Part shown: positions 11,452 through 23,355 of the stretch, piece by piece
Layout of the letters: every line of letters begins with the position of its first letter
Numbering within the stretch: position 1 is the stretch's first letter
From: Neoechinorhynchus agilis
Lineage: Eukaryota; Animalia; Acanthocephala
Direction of reading: 5' to 3'
Assembly (NCBI GenBank): GCA_051530055.1
Contig: JBMGUZ010000006.1
Span: 35,635 to 99,634, forward strand
DNA: 64,000 nt
The notes under the pieces: model-generated
Databases searched by the model: none
What the model was told of the DNA's origin: nothing
What the model saw: the letters and a program-made list of their open reading frames with translations, nothing else
Position numbers and translations under genes: made by a program

Positions 11452-13361
11452 CCCCCGGTATGGACCATTCACCAGCGAAGTAAGTAGTGATATTCAATGG
11501 TCAGTTGAGCAAGAGGAAAATGGTCGCATCTCTTTCATGGATCGGGCAAAAAGAGGCACATTCGAAAGGTTGATGTACCATAAACCTAACTCACCTTGAA
11601 GACCCCCAGTATGGACCAGTCATAAGCGAAGTAGTGATATTCAATGGTCAGTTGAGCAAGAGGAAAATGGTCACATCTCTTTCATGGATCGGGCAAAAAG
11701 AGGCACAGTCGAAACGTTGATGTACCATAAACCTAACTTACCTTGGAGACCCCCAGTATGGACCAGTCATTAGCGAAGTAGTGATATTCAATGGTAAGTT
11801 GAGCAAGAGGAAAATGGTCACATCTCTTTCATGGATCGGGCAAAAAGAGGCACAGTCGAAACGTTGATGTACCATAAACCTAACTTACATTGGAGACCCC
11901 CGGTATGGACCAGTCACCAGCGAAGTAAGTGGTGATATTCAATGGTCAGTTGAGCAAGAGGAAAATGGTCACATCTCTTTCATGGATCGGGCAAAAAGAG
12001 GCACATTCGAAAGGTTGATGTACCATAAACCTAACTCACCTTGGAGACCCCCAGTATAGACCAGTCATTAGCGAAGTAGTGATATTCAATGGTCAGTTGA
12101 GCAAGAGCAAAATGGTCACATCTCTTTCATGGATCGGGCAAAAAGAGGCACATTCGAAAGGTTGATGTACCATAAACCTAACTCACCTTGAAGACCCCTG
12201 GTATGGACCAATCACCAGCGAAGTAAGTGGTGATATTCAATGGTCAGTTGAGCAAGAGGAAAATGGTCGCATCTCTTTCATGGATCGGGCAAAAAGAGGC
12301 ACATTCGAAACGTTGATGTACCATAAACCTAACTTACATTGGAGACCCCTGGTATGGACCAATCACCAGCGAAGTAAGTGGTGATATTCAATGGTCAGTT
12401 GAGCAAGAGGAAAATGGTCGCATTTCTTTCATGGATCGGGCAAAAAGAGGAACATTCGAAACGTTGATGTACCATAAACCTAACTTACATTGGAGACCCC
12501 CGGTATGAACCAGTCACCAGCGAAGTAAGTGGTGATATTCAATGGTCAGTTGAGCAAGAGGAAAATGGTCACATCTCTTTCATGGATCTCGCAAAAAGAG
12601 GCACATTCGAAAGGTTGATGTACAATAAACCTAACTTACATTGGAGACCCCAGTATGGACCAGTCATTAGCGAAGTAGTGATATTCAATGGTCAGTTGAG
12701 CAAGAGGAAAATGGTCACATCTCTTTCATGGATCGGGCAAAAAGAGGCACAGTCGAAACGTTGATGTACCATAAACCTAACTTACCTTGGAGACCCCCAG
12801 TATGGACCAGTCATTAGCGAAGTAGTGATATTCAATGGTAAGTTGAGCAAGAGGAAAATGGTCACATCTCTTTCATGGATCGGGCAAAAAGAGGCACAGT
12901 CGAAACGTTGATGTACCATAAACCTAACTTACATTGGAGACCCCCGGTATGGACCAGTCACCAGCGAAGTAAGTGGTGATATTCAATGGTCAGTTGAGCA
13001 AGAGGAAAATGGTCACATCTCTTTCATGGATCGGGCAAAAAAGAGGTACAGTCGAAACGTTGATGTACCATAAACCTAACTCACCTTCGAGACCCCCAGT
13101 ATAGACCAGTCATTAGCGAAGTAGTGATATTCAATGGTCAGTTGAGCAAGAGGAAAATGGTCACATCTCTTTCATGGATCGGGAAAAAAGAGGCACATTC
13201 GAAACGTTGATGTACCATAAACCTAACTTACATTGGAGACCCCCAGTATGGACCAGTCATTAGCGAAGTAGTGATATTCAATGGTCAGTTGAGCAAGAGG
13301 AAAATGGTCACATCTCTATCATGGATCGGGCAAAAAGAGGCACAGTCGAAACGTTGATGTA
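11452..13361 (+). repeat. Tandem array of 13 units of 146-151 bp derived from an RT coding fragment
   Basis: The anchor gatattcaatgg starts at 11489, 11636, 11783, 11934, 12081, 12232, 12383, 12534, 12680, 12827, 12978, 13126 and 13273. The unit translates as DIQWSVEQEENGHISFMDRAKRGTVETLMYHKPN. Confidence 0.95.
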
Positions 13362-13499
13362 TCCAACAGCTCACAAAATAAGGGAGATGCATTGCCGCGT
13401 ATAAGAAGATATTACGATAAATCCTCGAGATTACGCGTGTTTTTTATTTTTCGTAAAGATGAGACATTCGGAATCATGAGGCAAAAGTCATTGAACAAA

Positions 13500-14410
13500 T
13501 TATGGTATTCGGCTACGCTCGGAGGTGATCTCTCCATTGTACTGTGCGATTTGGAGACGCTGATTAGGGAGACCTCGAGAATGGACATAGAGCTCATACT
13601 CCAGAGCAACTCAGCCTCCTGGGTAGTTGCGCATTTGATTCAAATGTGGAAGCTAAGATCGGCCGCATCATACCGAAACTATCGTTGCTGTGTGATAGGG
13701 TCAGCGCTGTCTCCGCTCACGAAGCATTATTTCTGATAAAGAACGCACTCTTTCTCCCGAAATTGTTATTGGCAACAATCTTCAAACATAAAGAAGGATT
13801 GGCCGAGCTCGACGACAAGGTGAGGGCTTGTCTCTAGCGTATTTTAAATGTACAGCTCTCAGATGAGGCGTGGCGACAATCTTCATTGCCTGTGTCATGC
13901 CTTTCTTGGCGAAAAAAATTCTAAGGGAAAAGGTTTTGTCTTGACCAAGAATTTGTGGTGGCAGTTGAGGAATGGTGCCAGCATGCAGGAACTAACCATG
14001 TTCCCGTGAATGGCGTCAGACAGTTGATCTGGGAAAGGCCTTTCGCCGCGAGAACTCACAGCTCTCTACTTTCAGGTTTTCGTGATGGGGTCGTCCGAGC
14101 TCGATTGTCGGCAATTTCGACACGAAAATCGGGGCGTGGTTGGAGGCTGTACCTCTGGCATCCTTGGGAACTCTTCTCACTGATGAGGTAACGAGGATCG
14201 CAGTTTCCTTAAGACTTGGTCTCCCGATGAGCACGCACTATCGCTGTCGATGTGAGTCTTTGGTTGATGCTTTTGGGCGACACGGTTTCGTTTGCCAAAA
14301 GTCAGGAGGAAGGTTCTCACGCCATTCTGAGATCAATAGCGTAATTTCTCCGGCGTCGAGAACGGCGAACTAACCCAACATTTTGGAACCCACCAATCTT
14401 TGTCGACATC
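13500..14410 (+). mobile_element. CRE-like fragment (family A)
   Basis: ATLGGDLSIVLCDLE; HEALFLIKNALFLPKLL; RIAVSLRLGLPMSTHYRCRCESLVDAFGRHGFVCQKSGGRFSRHSEIN. Ends at EPTNL. Confidence 0.8.
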
Positions 14411-15472
14411 TCTTTCTAGATTTTCATTTGCAAGACATTTGTAAAATTCTGCCTTTTAAAATTTACTTAAGGTCATGTTGCCTTGCAATTCACTGATTAT
14501 TGATAATCTCATACGAGAATTTGTTAAATTGGAGGGTCTCTGTTTCTTTAGATGTGAAAAAGTGACCAAGTTATCATTGGGGGCCTTGGACATAATATTA
14601 TTCATTTCAGTTAATTTTATACAGATTAGATTTTATTTGATGGTTTGAAATTAATGATAGTCTTGTCATTGAAAACCACTTTAGTCTTTAGATCGAACTT
14701 TCCAAATTCAAATAAAATAAGATCGTGTCCCATGGATTTCTGATCTAGAATTTGAGCCCTCACTCTCACTGTCGATCGACCAAGCGGGTTAATGCATCTT
14801 GAAGGTACTGAACCGCGAAACCAACTGAAAAGGAAGTGGCATTCTTTAGGTAAAGCATTACGAAACTGTTCACAAATACGTCCATCTTCCCAATGTAGAC
14901 GACTCGAATCTCTTCTTGTGCGCACTGAACACATTTAGTTTAATAGTTGGCATTACTCCTCGTGCAAAGTGGCATTTTTGACGTCAATCGTCCTTGGACA
15001 TTGCTTGCCGGATGCTTTTTCGGAGGGCTCCTGTGAACTGATCGAATTTATAGACCTGTCTCTTTTTGAGCCTCCGGATGTCGCTCTTGGGTTTTTTCTC
15101 TAACGAATGGGATCCTGAGGACCGCTAAGACATCACTATTCATTTCCCTCTTTCTCGAACTTCCACCAGCTGATTCTGTTGGTCGTTGAAACTTCTCGAT
15201 TTCCCGATCCTCATAACCATCGATACCATGCAAATAAATGCAAAGATTATTAAGAACTATAATATTTCTCAATACCAAATCGATCAAGGAACGTCATTAT
15301 TCCAGCGCGTGAACAATATTTATAACGTGCTTTTTAGTATTGCGGAAGGAAAAATGTTGTCATTAAGACATGTCAATTGCTGTTTTTTTATCAAGAGATA
15401 GAATCTACAACCTATTGATTTTTATTGATACTTTTATTAATAGGAAGGGACACTTTCTTTTTGATAGTTACT

Positions 15473-15784
15473 TTACTCTTGAATTTGACATTCATCTTTT
15501 GGCAATTTAATCTCAATAAGCTTATCCAATTCCTCCTTAGGTGTTGATTTGTTCATAGGTGTAATTATATTTCGATACTTCATTTCTACCCTGAGCTTGG
15601 GAGAATCTACACGGATATCGTCTTTTGGATTCATACTATGACGTTCACAAGATAGCTTTTCATTTAATATTTTATAGCAATTCTCTCGATTGCTTTTGTA
15701 TCTCCCATTTAGATGCAGTGGTCCGAAATGCACACTCAGAGTATTAATACTATTAATTTTTTGGCACAATAAACATTTTAGCAT
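15473..15784 (-). CDS. Hypothetical 103-aa protein with an N-terminal C2H2-like motif (copy A)
   Basis: CLLC-x11-H-x4-H. ORF is open in all three copies. It could be an exon or a TE remnant. Confidence 0.35.
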   Translation of the reverse strand: MLKCLLCQKINSINTLSVHFGPLHLNGRYKSNRENCYKILNEKLSCERHSMNPKDDIRVDSPKLRVEMKYRNIITPMNKSTPKEELDKLIEIKLPKDECQIQE

Positions 15785-16842
15785 ATTGGTGAAACTATCA
15801 TCGTCGTTTTTAGTGCTTCTTTTCCTACTATTTCATTCATTATTTAAGTTGGAATTATAAGATTGAGGCCTTTGAGCTTGTTGGAATTGTTTTCGATTCC
15901 GCAAGTTCAAAATTAGCGTCCATATTTGCATTTTACCTGCAGGGGGGCTGAATTCAAATCTTTTTCTTCGTTCAATGACCACAAAACGGTTTCAATTAAA
16001 TTAAATGCTTCAAAAGAGAAGAGATATTGGATAACGGTTTCGAGACCATTTTCGTCCGCGTTCCATCCTTTCAAAAATCTAATGAAATCCAAGCAAGAAA
16101 TTTTTCTATTAAATCGAGGGTGGAAATTTCGGACAAATTTACATCATGAGATCTCGAATTGAATCTGTATTTTTGGGGTATTTTTGGAAGTAAAATTTGA
16201 TGAAATGGGTTAATCGATCAATAGATAGCGAGGTATTAGCACAAACGTTTTTCCCTCCACATATTTCGGAACATCACGTGTATGGTTTCCTCAATGAAAA
16301 GTAGCCAATCAGCATGCTCTAATTACCTGTCTTTGTAAAAAGCATCGAATTTTAATGCTAAAGTAACTGTAAGGTATTAACAACAACTAAGTCGCTTGTT
16401 CCGAAACGAATTTTCACGCCTCATTAGTTGTGTGTCATTAATTTTACGGTTCAATCGACAGATAAAAATCGACTTCTTTAACACGTATCGGTGTTTCAAC
16501 CGTAGACAATCAATACGTTTGTGATATCCGTTGTAATGTCTTGATAAGTGTCGCAAGCGATACAGTAAAGAATTTTCGAATCAGAATGTTGCAATTCAGC
16601 GGAGTTTTAGTGATATGAAATGTCATAAAATTTGCAGAAATTGCATTAGTTTTGATTTGGAATGATTTGAAAATCACCTGCCATTCGAAGCGCTGCGTCA
16701 GGTTTATAGAAACATTTTGCTGTTAAGTAACTGAACTTTTTCGTGGATCATTAGAAAACCTGATAAAGAAAGTAAAGCCTCCAAAATCTCGACTAACCGT
16801 AGTTTCCTAATTTTAGACAGTTCAGAGCTACAGATTTGAAGT

Positions 16843-17688
16843 ATGACGACAAGACAACCATTCAGGATAAGGGCACCACCAATCGAGGAAAGCGCACAAT
16901 TCCTGCGGAACCACATCTCTGGTCAGCCCAATAGTTTCAGTCATCCAGATCCACCAACGTTCAACATTATTCACCAAGGTCACCAAATATATAATCCCTT
17001 CGATGATGATATTTACCTCGATCGAGAAGTCGAAAAAATTTTGGAAAACGCAGATAATACTATAAATAATTGTGCACCTCCGCCCGGCTTTGATGATTTC
17101 ACTTTTATTTTCAATGAGTCACCACCAAGCATAGATGACTTCAGTAATAATCATTCATCGATTGGAAATGAAGAATATTGCTTACCTCCACCAGGTTTTG
17201 AAAATTGCTCATTTTCTTATTACGATTACGAGCCCGAAAACGAAGGATACTTCTCAACTCCACCAGGTTTCGAGAACGTGACTTTTGATTATTACGATTC
17301 ACGATCAGGAATGGACGAATATGGCTCACCTCTTCTCTATTGTGAGAATCCGGCCTTTAATCACGTTTGGAATGGAAACGAAGATTACTACGAATCGTTT
17401 CTCGATTTTCAGGAATCAACCGTTATATTTAATGAGTCGTCGTTGGAATTCGAAAAATACAGCGAGTTTTTCACTTTATTTAGTGAAGTAGAGCCAAAAG
17501 AACCTCAAGGTCGTTATGTACGCCCAGCGACGTGCAAGATAATAGATTTGCAGGAAAGTAGCACGCAAACGGAGCCGAATATCGTATCGAAACCTTGGAA
17601 TGGATTGACAACAATAAAGAATATTATTGATGCCGTCTACCAAGTGGCCGTTGCGGCATTCAACTACTTCAGAAGGATATTTTTCTGA
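16843..17688 (+). CDS. Orphan 281-aa acidic, aromatic-rich protein with three PPGF motifs (copy A)
   Basis: Long ATG-to-stop ORF in AT-rich DNA, intact in three copies, with internal (P/T)PPGF[DE] repeats and no TE motifs. Confidence 0.65.
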   Translation: MTTRQPFRIRAPPIEESAQFLRNHISGQPNSFSHPDPPTFNIIHQGHQIYNPFDDDIYLDREVEKILENADNTINNCAPPPGFDDFTFIFNESPPSIDDFSNNHSSIGNEEYCLPPPGFENCSFSYYDYEPENEGYFSTPPGFENVTFDYYDSRSGMDEYGSPLLYCENPAFNHVWNGNEDYYESFLDFQESTVIFNESSLEFEKYSEFFTLFSEVEPKEPQGRYVRPATCKIIDLQESSTQTEPNIVSKPWNGLTTIKNIIDAVYQVAVAAFNYFRRIFF

Positions 17689-20600
17689 CCGTTCAAAGTT
17701 AAGTATCGATTATTTATAAAATGTGTTATTATTATATAGTTTTGTAACTGTTCGTGAAATTAAAAATGTTTCATATTCGAACAAGGCCTTGGTTCATTAG
17801 CACTTATACAATCATACAAATATTTGGGAGCACTTGATTTTTATATCGCACTATTTCTTTATTTGTGGTAGCCAATCCTCCAATGTTCTAAATTTGAATT
17901 AGTGAGAGCGTTGGTAAGCGTGTACACGAAGTTGCAAATGATAAGAGTAGAAGAGAAAAAGGATGAGGTTCCATAGAAGCGATTCTTAAAAGAGAGAATT
18001 TGCATTACAAAAAGATATTTTTTGTTAGAAAGAGAAGTTTAGAAGAGTGAGATTTAAGAATAAATTTTTGGAGTCCTCCAGAGAAACCAATATGCTGATT
18101 TGTTGAAGAGGAGCAAGAGGAAGAATATGAGAATCATAATTATCAAAAGGAAACAATGTATAAAAGCCGCTTTCTTGAAAACATAACATTTTAACATAAT
18201 TATCAAATACACAAGGAGTAAGAAAAACGGGAAGACGCGAAGCCCTAGAGGCGGATTTAAATTTATCTGCAATTCTGCTTGATATAAGATCCAATGAAGG
18301 CAAGCATTCTTCAAATCAAACATCAGATTTAGAAATTCTATTTTGGCGAATTAAATTGGTAGCGTAAAACTATTTTCTAATCGATTAAAGTAAAACAAGA
18401 TTGTAAAACAAGGATTTATTGATCTCTACGAGTGTAGTTATTCAAAGTAAGTGCTTATGATAAATACCATGGAAAATTGAAAATATTTTAAAAAGTAAAT
18501 CAATTCATCTGTTGATTTGAGTTTCTTTTTAAACAGCCGTAATCAAAATCAGTGCCAAATATAAAACCAAATATCTATGTGTAGCCCTTTTCACGACTGA
18601 TAATTTTCCTTGGGCGCGCAGCCCACCGATATAAACCGTAAAAAGGCCCCACGTAGATACTGGATAAAAGTTACCGGTTGATCAAACTTCAAAAAAAATA
18701 AAATAATTGCAATATCTATGATAAGGGGACACAAGATTTTCTAACGGTTCTACAAAAATTTAATTTTTCAACTACTTGACCTTCCGCGCACGTTTTGTTA
18801 TGCAGAGGCAACGCCGTTCTCAAAGCACGACAAAGCTGGAAATTAGAATTACTTTGTTCTACATCTTAATTTATCATTTGATACCTTTTAATCATTTGCA
18901 ACTATAATTGTGATCGTATAATTTTTACAGTCTTTTAAAGTTACACAAACAATATTGTAATATTTCCAATATTTTATACCGTGGTCAACCTAAAAAGCGT
19001 CGAATAAAAACTATTTACATTTTGTAAGAAAAATGTTTAATGTGAATTATTTTTTAAAGATGACCGGATCGTTTGGTAATTCTTGATCATTAAATCACTT
19101 TAAGTATTGCCATTAAATTCGGATACGACGATGCTCGAAATCTCCATTCAACACTTTAGGGCATCGAATGCGAATTTTGATGGTAGCAATAATATTTTCC
19201 TGAGCTTTCTATTGCTCATCCATCATTTCATTCTTCGAACAAGAAGTCTGTATCGATTTTTAATAAAATGCTGGTCCAAAGATCGTAGAAATTTTCAAGC
19301 TTTCGTGTTTTGCTGTGAAATATTCTAATATGTCTAAAAAAGCGGTCTTGTAGTTATTTTCCTTGAAAGACGACCATTGGATTGAAATGACCTGAAGAAT
19401 ATTGTTAATGCTTTTTATTGCCTCGAAAAAGCATGGGCGTTGTATACTAAGTAGAGTTTGCGGTGGAAACTCTTGACTCGATTTCAATGAAGTTAATTTT
19501 TGAATACACGATTTATTTTAACGACTTTTATATTTATCTCACTTTGGTTTTTAGAAAAGATTCAAATATACTTGTATTGGAAGGTAAAAATTAATTATAA
19601 TTTTAGTCTTTTAAGCTCTGTTGGATTCATCGCAACTTTCAAGGTAAGGTGTTTATTGACGAGTTCATAGATAGCGAAGAGCGCAAGAAGTTTTTCTCCG
19701 TGAGTTAAGGTAAGGCTCACTTTTCAAAGAACATCAAAAGAGTATCGATTTTCGCTAACGAACTCTCACTGCGAAAAACAGCTTTCTAACTTTCACTTCT
19801 ATCTCGAAACAATTTACAGTAAGTTGCGGCCTCAGGCCAAAGCCCAATGACGAGTACAGTGTCCGTTCGGACGCTTCAGAGGGCAACGAAAAAAATTAAA
19901 GAAAATTTTTGTATCCATCGATGAAGATTTCTGTTTGTTTCAATTCCACAATTCGGGATGAAAATGGACATTGAAGATGTCAATGTGACCGCGAAGCATC
20001 GACATCCTGAAGGAAATGAATTCACATTTCCAAAAACCAATTCTAGCATTTACGCAAAAGGTTTTATAACTTTAGCTTTTCGCCAGAAAGATTACATTAA
20101 CGTTTCATTTGACTTTGTTTCTTCAACTGTTAAAAAAATACATTATCTTAACCGGTCGAACACTTTCGAGTGTACCAATGAACAAAAATTTATGCCAATA
20201 TGATCGCATTATTAATAAAACGCGTTATGTTCCCTCTACAAATCGAAACCAAATCAATAACAAATCATTAATTTTGTATTTTTTCATGTCGACCAGAAAA
20301 TAATGTTAAAACAATGAATTAAACTCGTTAAGACGACTAAGTGACGGAATCAATGGATATGGACGAAGACATGGGTGGATTTTCATTCATGGAGTGAGCC
20401 ATGAACACCTCGGGAACATACAACGAAAACCTCAACATCGTGCGAATTCAAGGGATTCACAGTACCTCGATACCAAGTTAAAAAATGACCATTTTGGATC
20501 TCAATAACGACGAACCCCGTTCAACACAGGGAATCCCTTAACAAGGCTTACGCAGCGCCGTAGCTCAAATCACTCAAAGACGATTACAATCATATTAAGT

Positions 20601-20689
20601 CAATTTCGCTTAATGGTTTAGTTTTGAAAATTCACTTCATCTCCGATTTATTTAAGAAAAACGTGATACAATTTTATGCAGTTCCCCAG

Positions 20690-21560
20690 GAGCAGCAGTC
20701 GCAGCTGAATGCGCAGCCTAAGTGATTTGGAGGTATTGAGCTCACCATTCACATCGGTATGATTTTTCTGGCAATAGATCTGTCCCTCAGTAATTTCCCG
20801 CTATTATCCCTATCTGGGCCTGATTCTCACGTCTATAACGCATCATTAAATGGTAAAGTGATCGCTTCTTCATGGACAACTATGGCAAATTCTCGGTGCT
20901 TGGGACGATTGCGTTTTTTGGGAAGCGCCTCATCATCTGACATGAGTGTCGGCAGAGATTTTCGACTGATGCTTATGCTGACATGAAGGATTCGGCTCGC
21001 CAGTATTGTTGCATAGAGGCGTTTTAGTGTCATACGGGGTGATAAACAGCCTACACCATTTCGACTGTCCATTGGTAGATAGGGTAAGACGACCAGCTCC
21101 TCCTAGTACGTTGGACACCCCTTCATGCGGCAATTCCAAAAGATCCATTCTGAAAACTTGCCAATTTGCCAGGTTCACGCCACGTGCATACTCCTACAAT
21201 TCAAGGATCCGATTCGTAGTCCTCTTCTATTTGAAATAGCTGGGTCAAAGGGCTCACGGCTGTCAGCGCCACCTGAACAGTCCGTACCCACCACGGTGAT
21301 GAGCTTCGACTGACGCTTTCGTTTCCTCCAGCGACAGTTTCGCTCATTTCGACGCTCAAGTCGTCGGCGAGAGCAACGATGCCCTCGCTTTTTCCCGTTG
21401 CACTGATGGATTTTGTAGCTCCTATTCGCTGCCGCATCACCAAGTGGAGCGGCACACCGACCCCCGCGTTGACAGGCTACTATCAGTAGCTGTCTGGCCG
21501 TCGGAGCTGCTTCTTTTACGTGACCGACAAGAATCAGTAACATCGAGTCCGATCATCGTG
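20690..21560 (-). mobile_element. RTE-like LINE remnant: 5' region, APE start and RT start joined by deletions
   Basis: RGLRIGSLNCRSM (APE N-terminus), RNGVGCL. Nucleotides ~20750-20820 are homologous to the GPDG region at ~6460-6540. Confidence 0.6.
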
Positions 21561-21643
21561 AAAGAGGCTCGAAGAGTTCTCGGCGAACATCCTAAGCTTA
21601 AAAATGTCGATATGAGAGATACCGGGGAACGTGATTAGCCGTC

Positions 21644-21695
21644 TATTACTAACAAACTGATGATGAACCCGATGAGCTTCGAAACGTCTTTAATA
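21644..21695 (+). ncRNA. Minimal type I hammerhead ribozyme, family C
   Basis: CTGATGA-T-GAAcccgatgagcTTC-GAAA-CGT-C-TTTAATA; predicted cut after 21688. Confidence 0.6.
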
Positions 21696-23285
21696 AATAC
21701 TCATTTACCGGGTGTAGACTCCTAACTATAGTTAGGCAAATTAATTGCTTCGATGAAACCCCGCGTGCTCTTTCCCTTTACGGGAGGAATTAAATTCTGG
21801 TCAGCATTACACTGGCCTTGTAGAGCTCGTTTCCAACTGAACAAGGATAGAGGTAGGATCAAATCACTCCTTCCATACTCTTCTCAATGGTATTGCGTTG
21901 TCTCTAAGAAAAAATTCGTTCCTTCGCAGCAAGCAGCTACATCGTGGATTAAAACCTCGGGCCTCAACAACGTGGTCAAAACTCTTTGTGACTTTCATTC
22001 TGGAGAATGCTTACCAGCATTATATGCAGTTTCCTTGCCTGTCAAACCAAGACGCCATGATCTTGCAATTTCCGATATTGTGCTCCACGAGGACGGACAG
22101 TTTCCGACGGCTCATCAATACTTGGAAGCTTCACGAATGCAATTGACAACGGGTAATTATGAAGACAATGCTGCCGAGTTTCGTCCCATTGGTGCAAAAG
22201 TTCGGTTTGCGATAAGTCTTTAGTTCAAAATATTTTTAGGCTTGGCTTGGCTCACGGCTCCGGACTCCCCGTGGCGGCCCTCCACGACAGATCTCCGGGA
22301 CCTCAGATCACAACTGACTCTATTTGGTCTGATATGGGGTGATAGGTCTCTACCTGAAACGGATCCCAGACATCAGGTCGCCACTGGGCGGATTCCCTTA
22401 ACGATTGCCTAATAAATATCCTCATCACGGCTCTTCCCGCGTCAGTTCTTTGAACCAGTGATGATTTTGAAGTGTCTTGACTTCGAAAAGATAGTTTAAC
22501 AATTTCGAAATGATTTCCGCGGCAAGCCTCGTAGCGGCGCGGGCTTGCCGTCGTCTTGAGATTTGCCTTTAACTCTATCAATAGGAGAATGCATGCTCTT
22601 CGAATACGTACCATAAATTCCAGTAGCTTTTCAATGTCGGACTTTGCTTTTTGAAGACCACCTCATTTGGTACGAAAGAGGAGTGCAGCAAGGAGATCCT
22701 CTCGATCCAATCGCATTCTCCCTAACAGTAAATCCAATAGCGCACTCTCTCTATTCCAGCTTCAGCGCTTGGTATTTGGATGCGGCTACACTCGGAGGAG
22801 ATCCCTCCGTTGTACTGTGCGATTTGGAGACGCTGATTAGGGACACCTCGAGAATGGACATAGAGCTCATACTCCAGAGCAACTCAGCCTCTTGGGTAGT
22901 TGCGTATTTGATTCAAATGTGGAAGCTGAGATCGGCCGGATCATACCGAAACTTTCGTTGCTGTGTGATAGGGTCAGCGCTCTCTCGGCTCACGAGGCAT
23001 TATTTCGGATAAAGAACGCACTCTTTATCCCGAAATAGGCCTTCGATCGCGATCTTATTGGATTAACTGTACTTTTTAATTCCATATTGCAAATAGGACA
23101 TCCTCCAAAAGCTTGGCTGGAGAACAAAACAATTCTCCTACCAAAGAACAATTCGAGCTCTCGATCATATACGGATCCAAAATCTGTGCGGCCGATCACA
23201 ATATCGTCGATTTTACTACGAATTTTCCACCGTATAATACTCGCAAGATTACGAACAGCATGCCCTGTGTCTGAACATCAAACAG

Positions 23286-23355
23286 CGTTTGACAGTACAT
23301 CATGCTTATCAAACATCCTTCGTTTGACAGTACATCATGCTTATCAAACATCCTT
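23286..23355 (+). repeat. 35-bp tandem duplication that frameshifts the R2-like RT
   Basis: cgtttgacagtacatcatgcttatcaaacatcctt occurs twice, at 23286-23320 and 23321-23355. Confidence 0.95.

Larger units (their letters stand above)
14410..19460 (+). repeat. Triplicated non-TE cassette, copy A (copy B ~25800-29355 +, copy C ~53955-58750 -)
   Basis: Shared 103-aa and 281-aa ORFs and flanking sequence. All three copies are preceded by a CRE fragment ending at EPTN(L) and end in the hub module. Confidence 0.9.

Noticed and set aside
11452-13361. CRISPR array
   Set aside because: Whole units are repeated with no unique spacers, no cas genes are present, and the context is eukaryotic.
22240-22310. 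HDV-like ribozyme in the GC-rich patch upstream of the CRE/R2-like block
   Set aside because: ctccccgtgg resembles L3, but I could not build P1, P2 and P3 pairings or a J4/2 strand.
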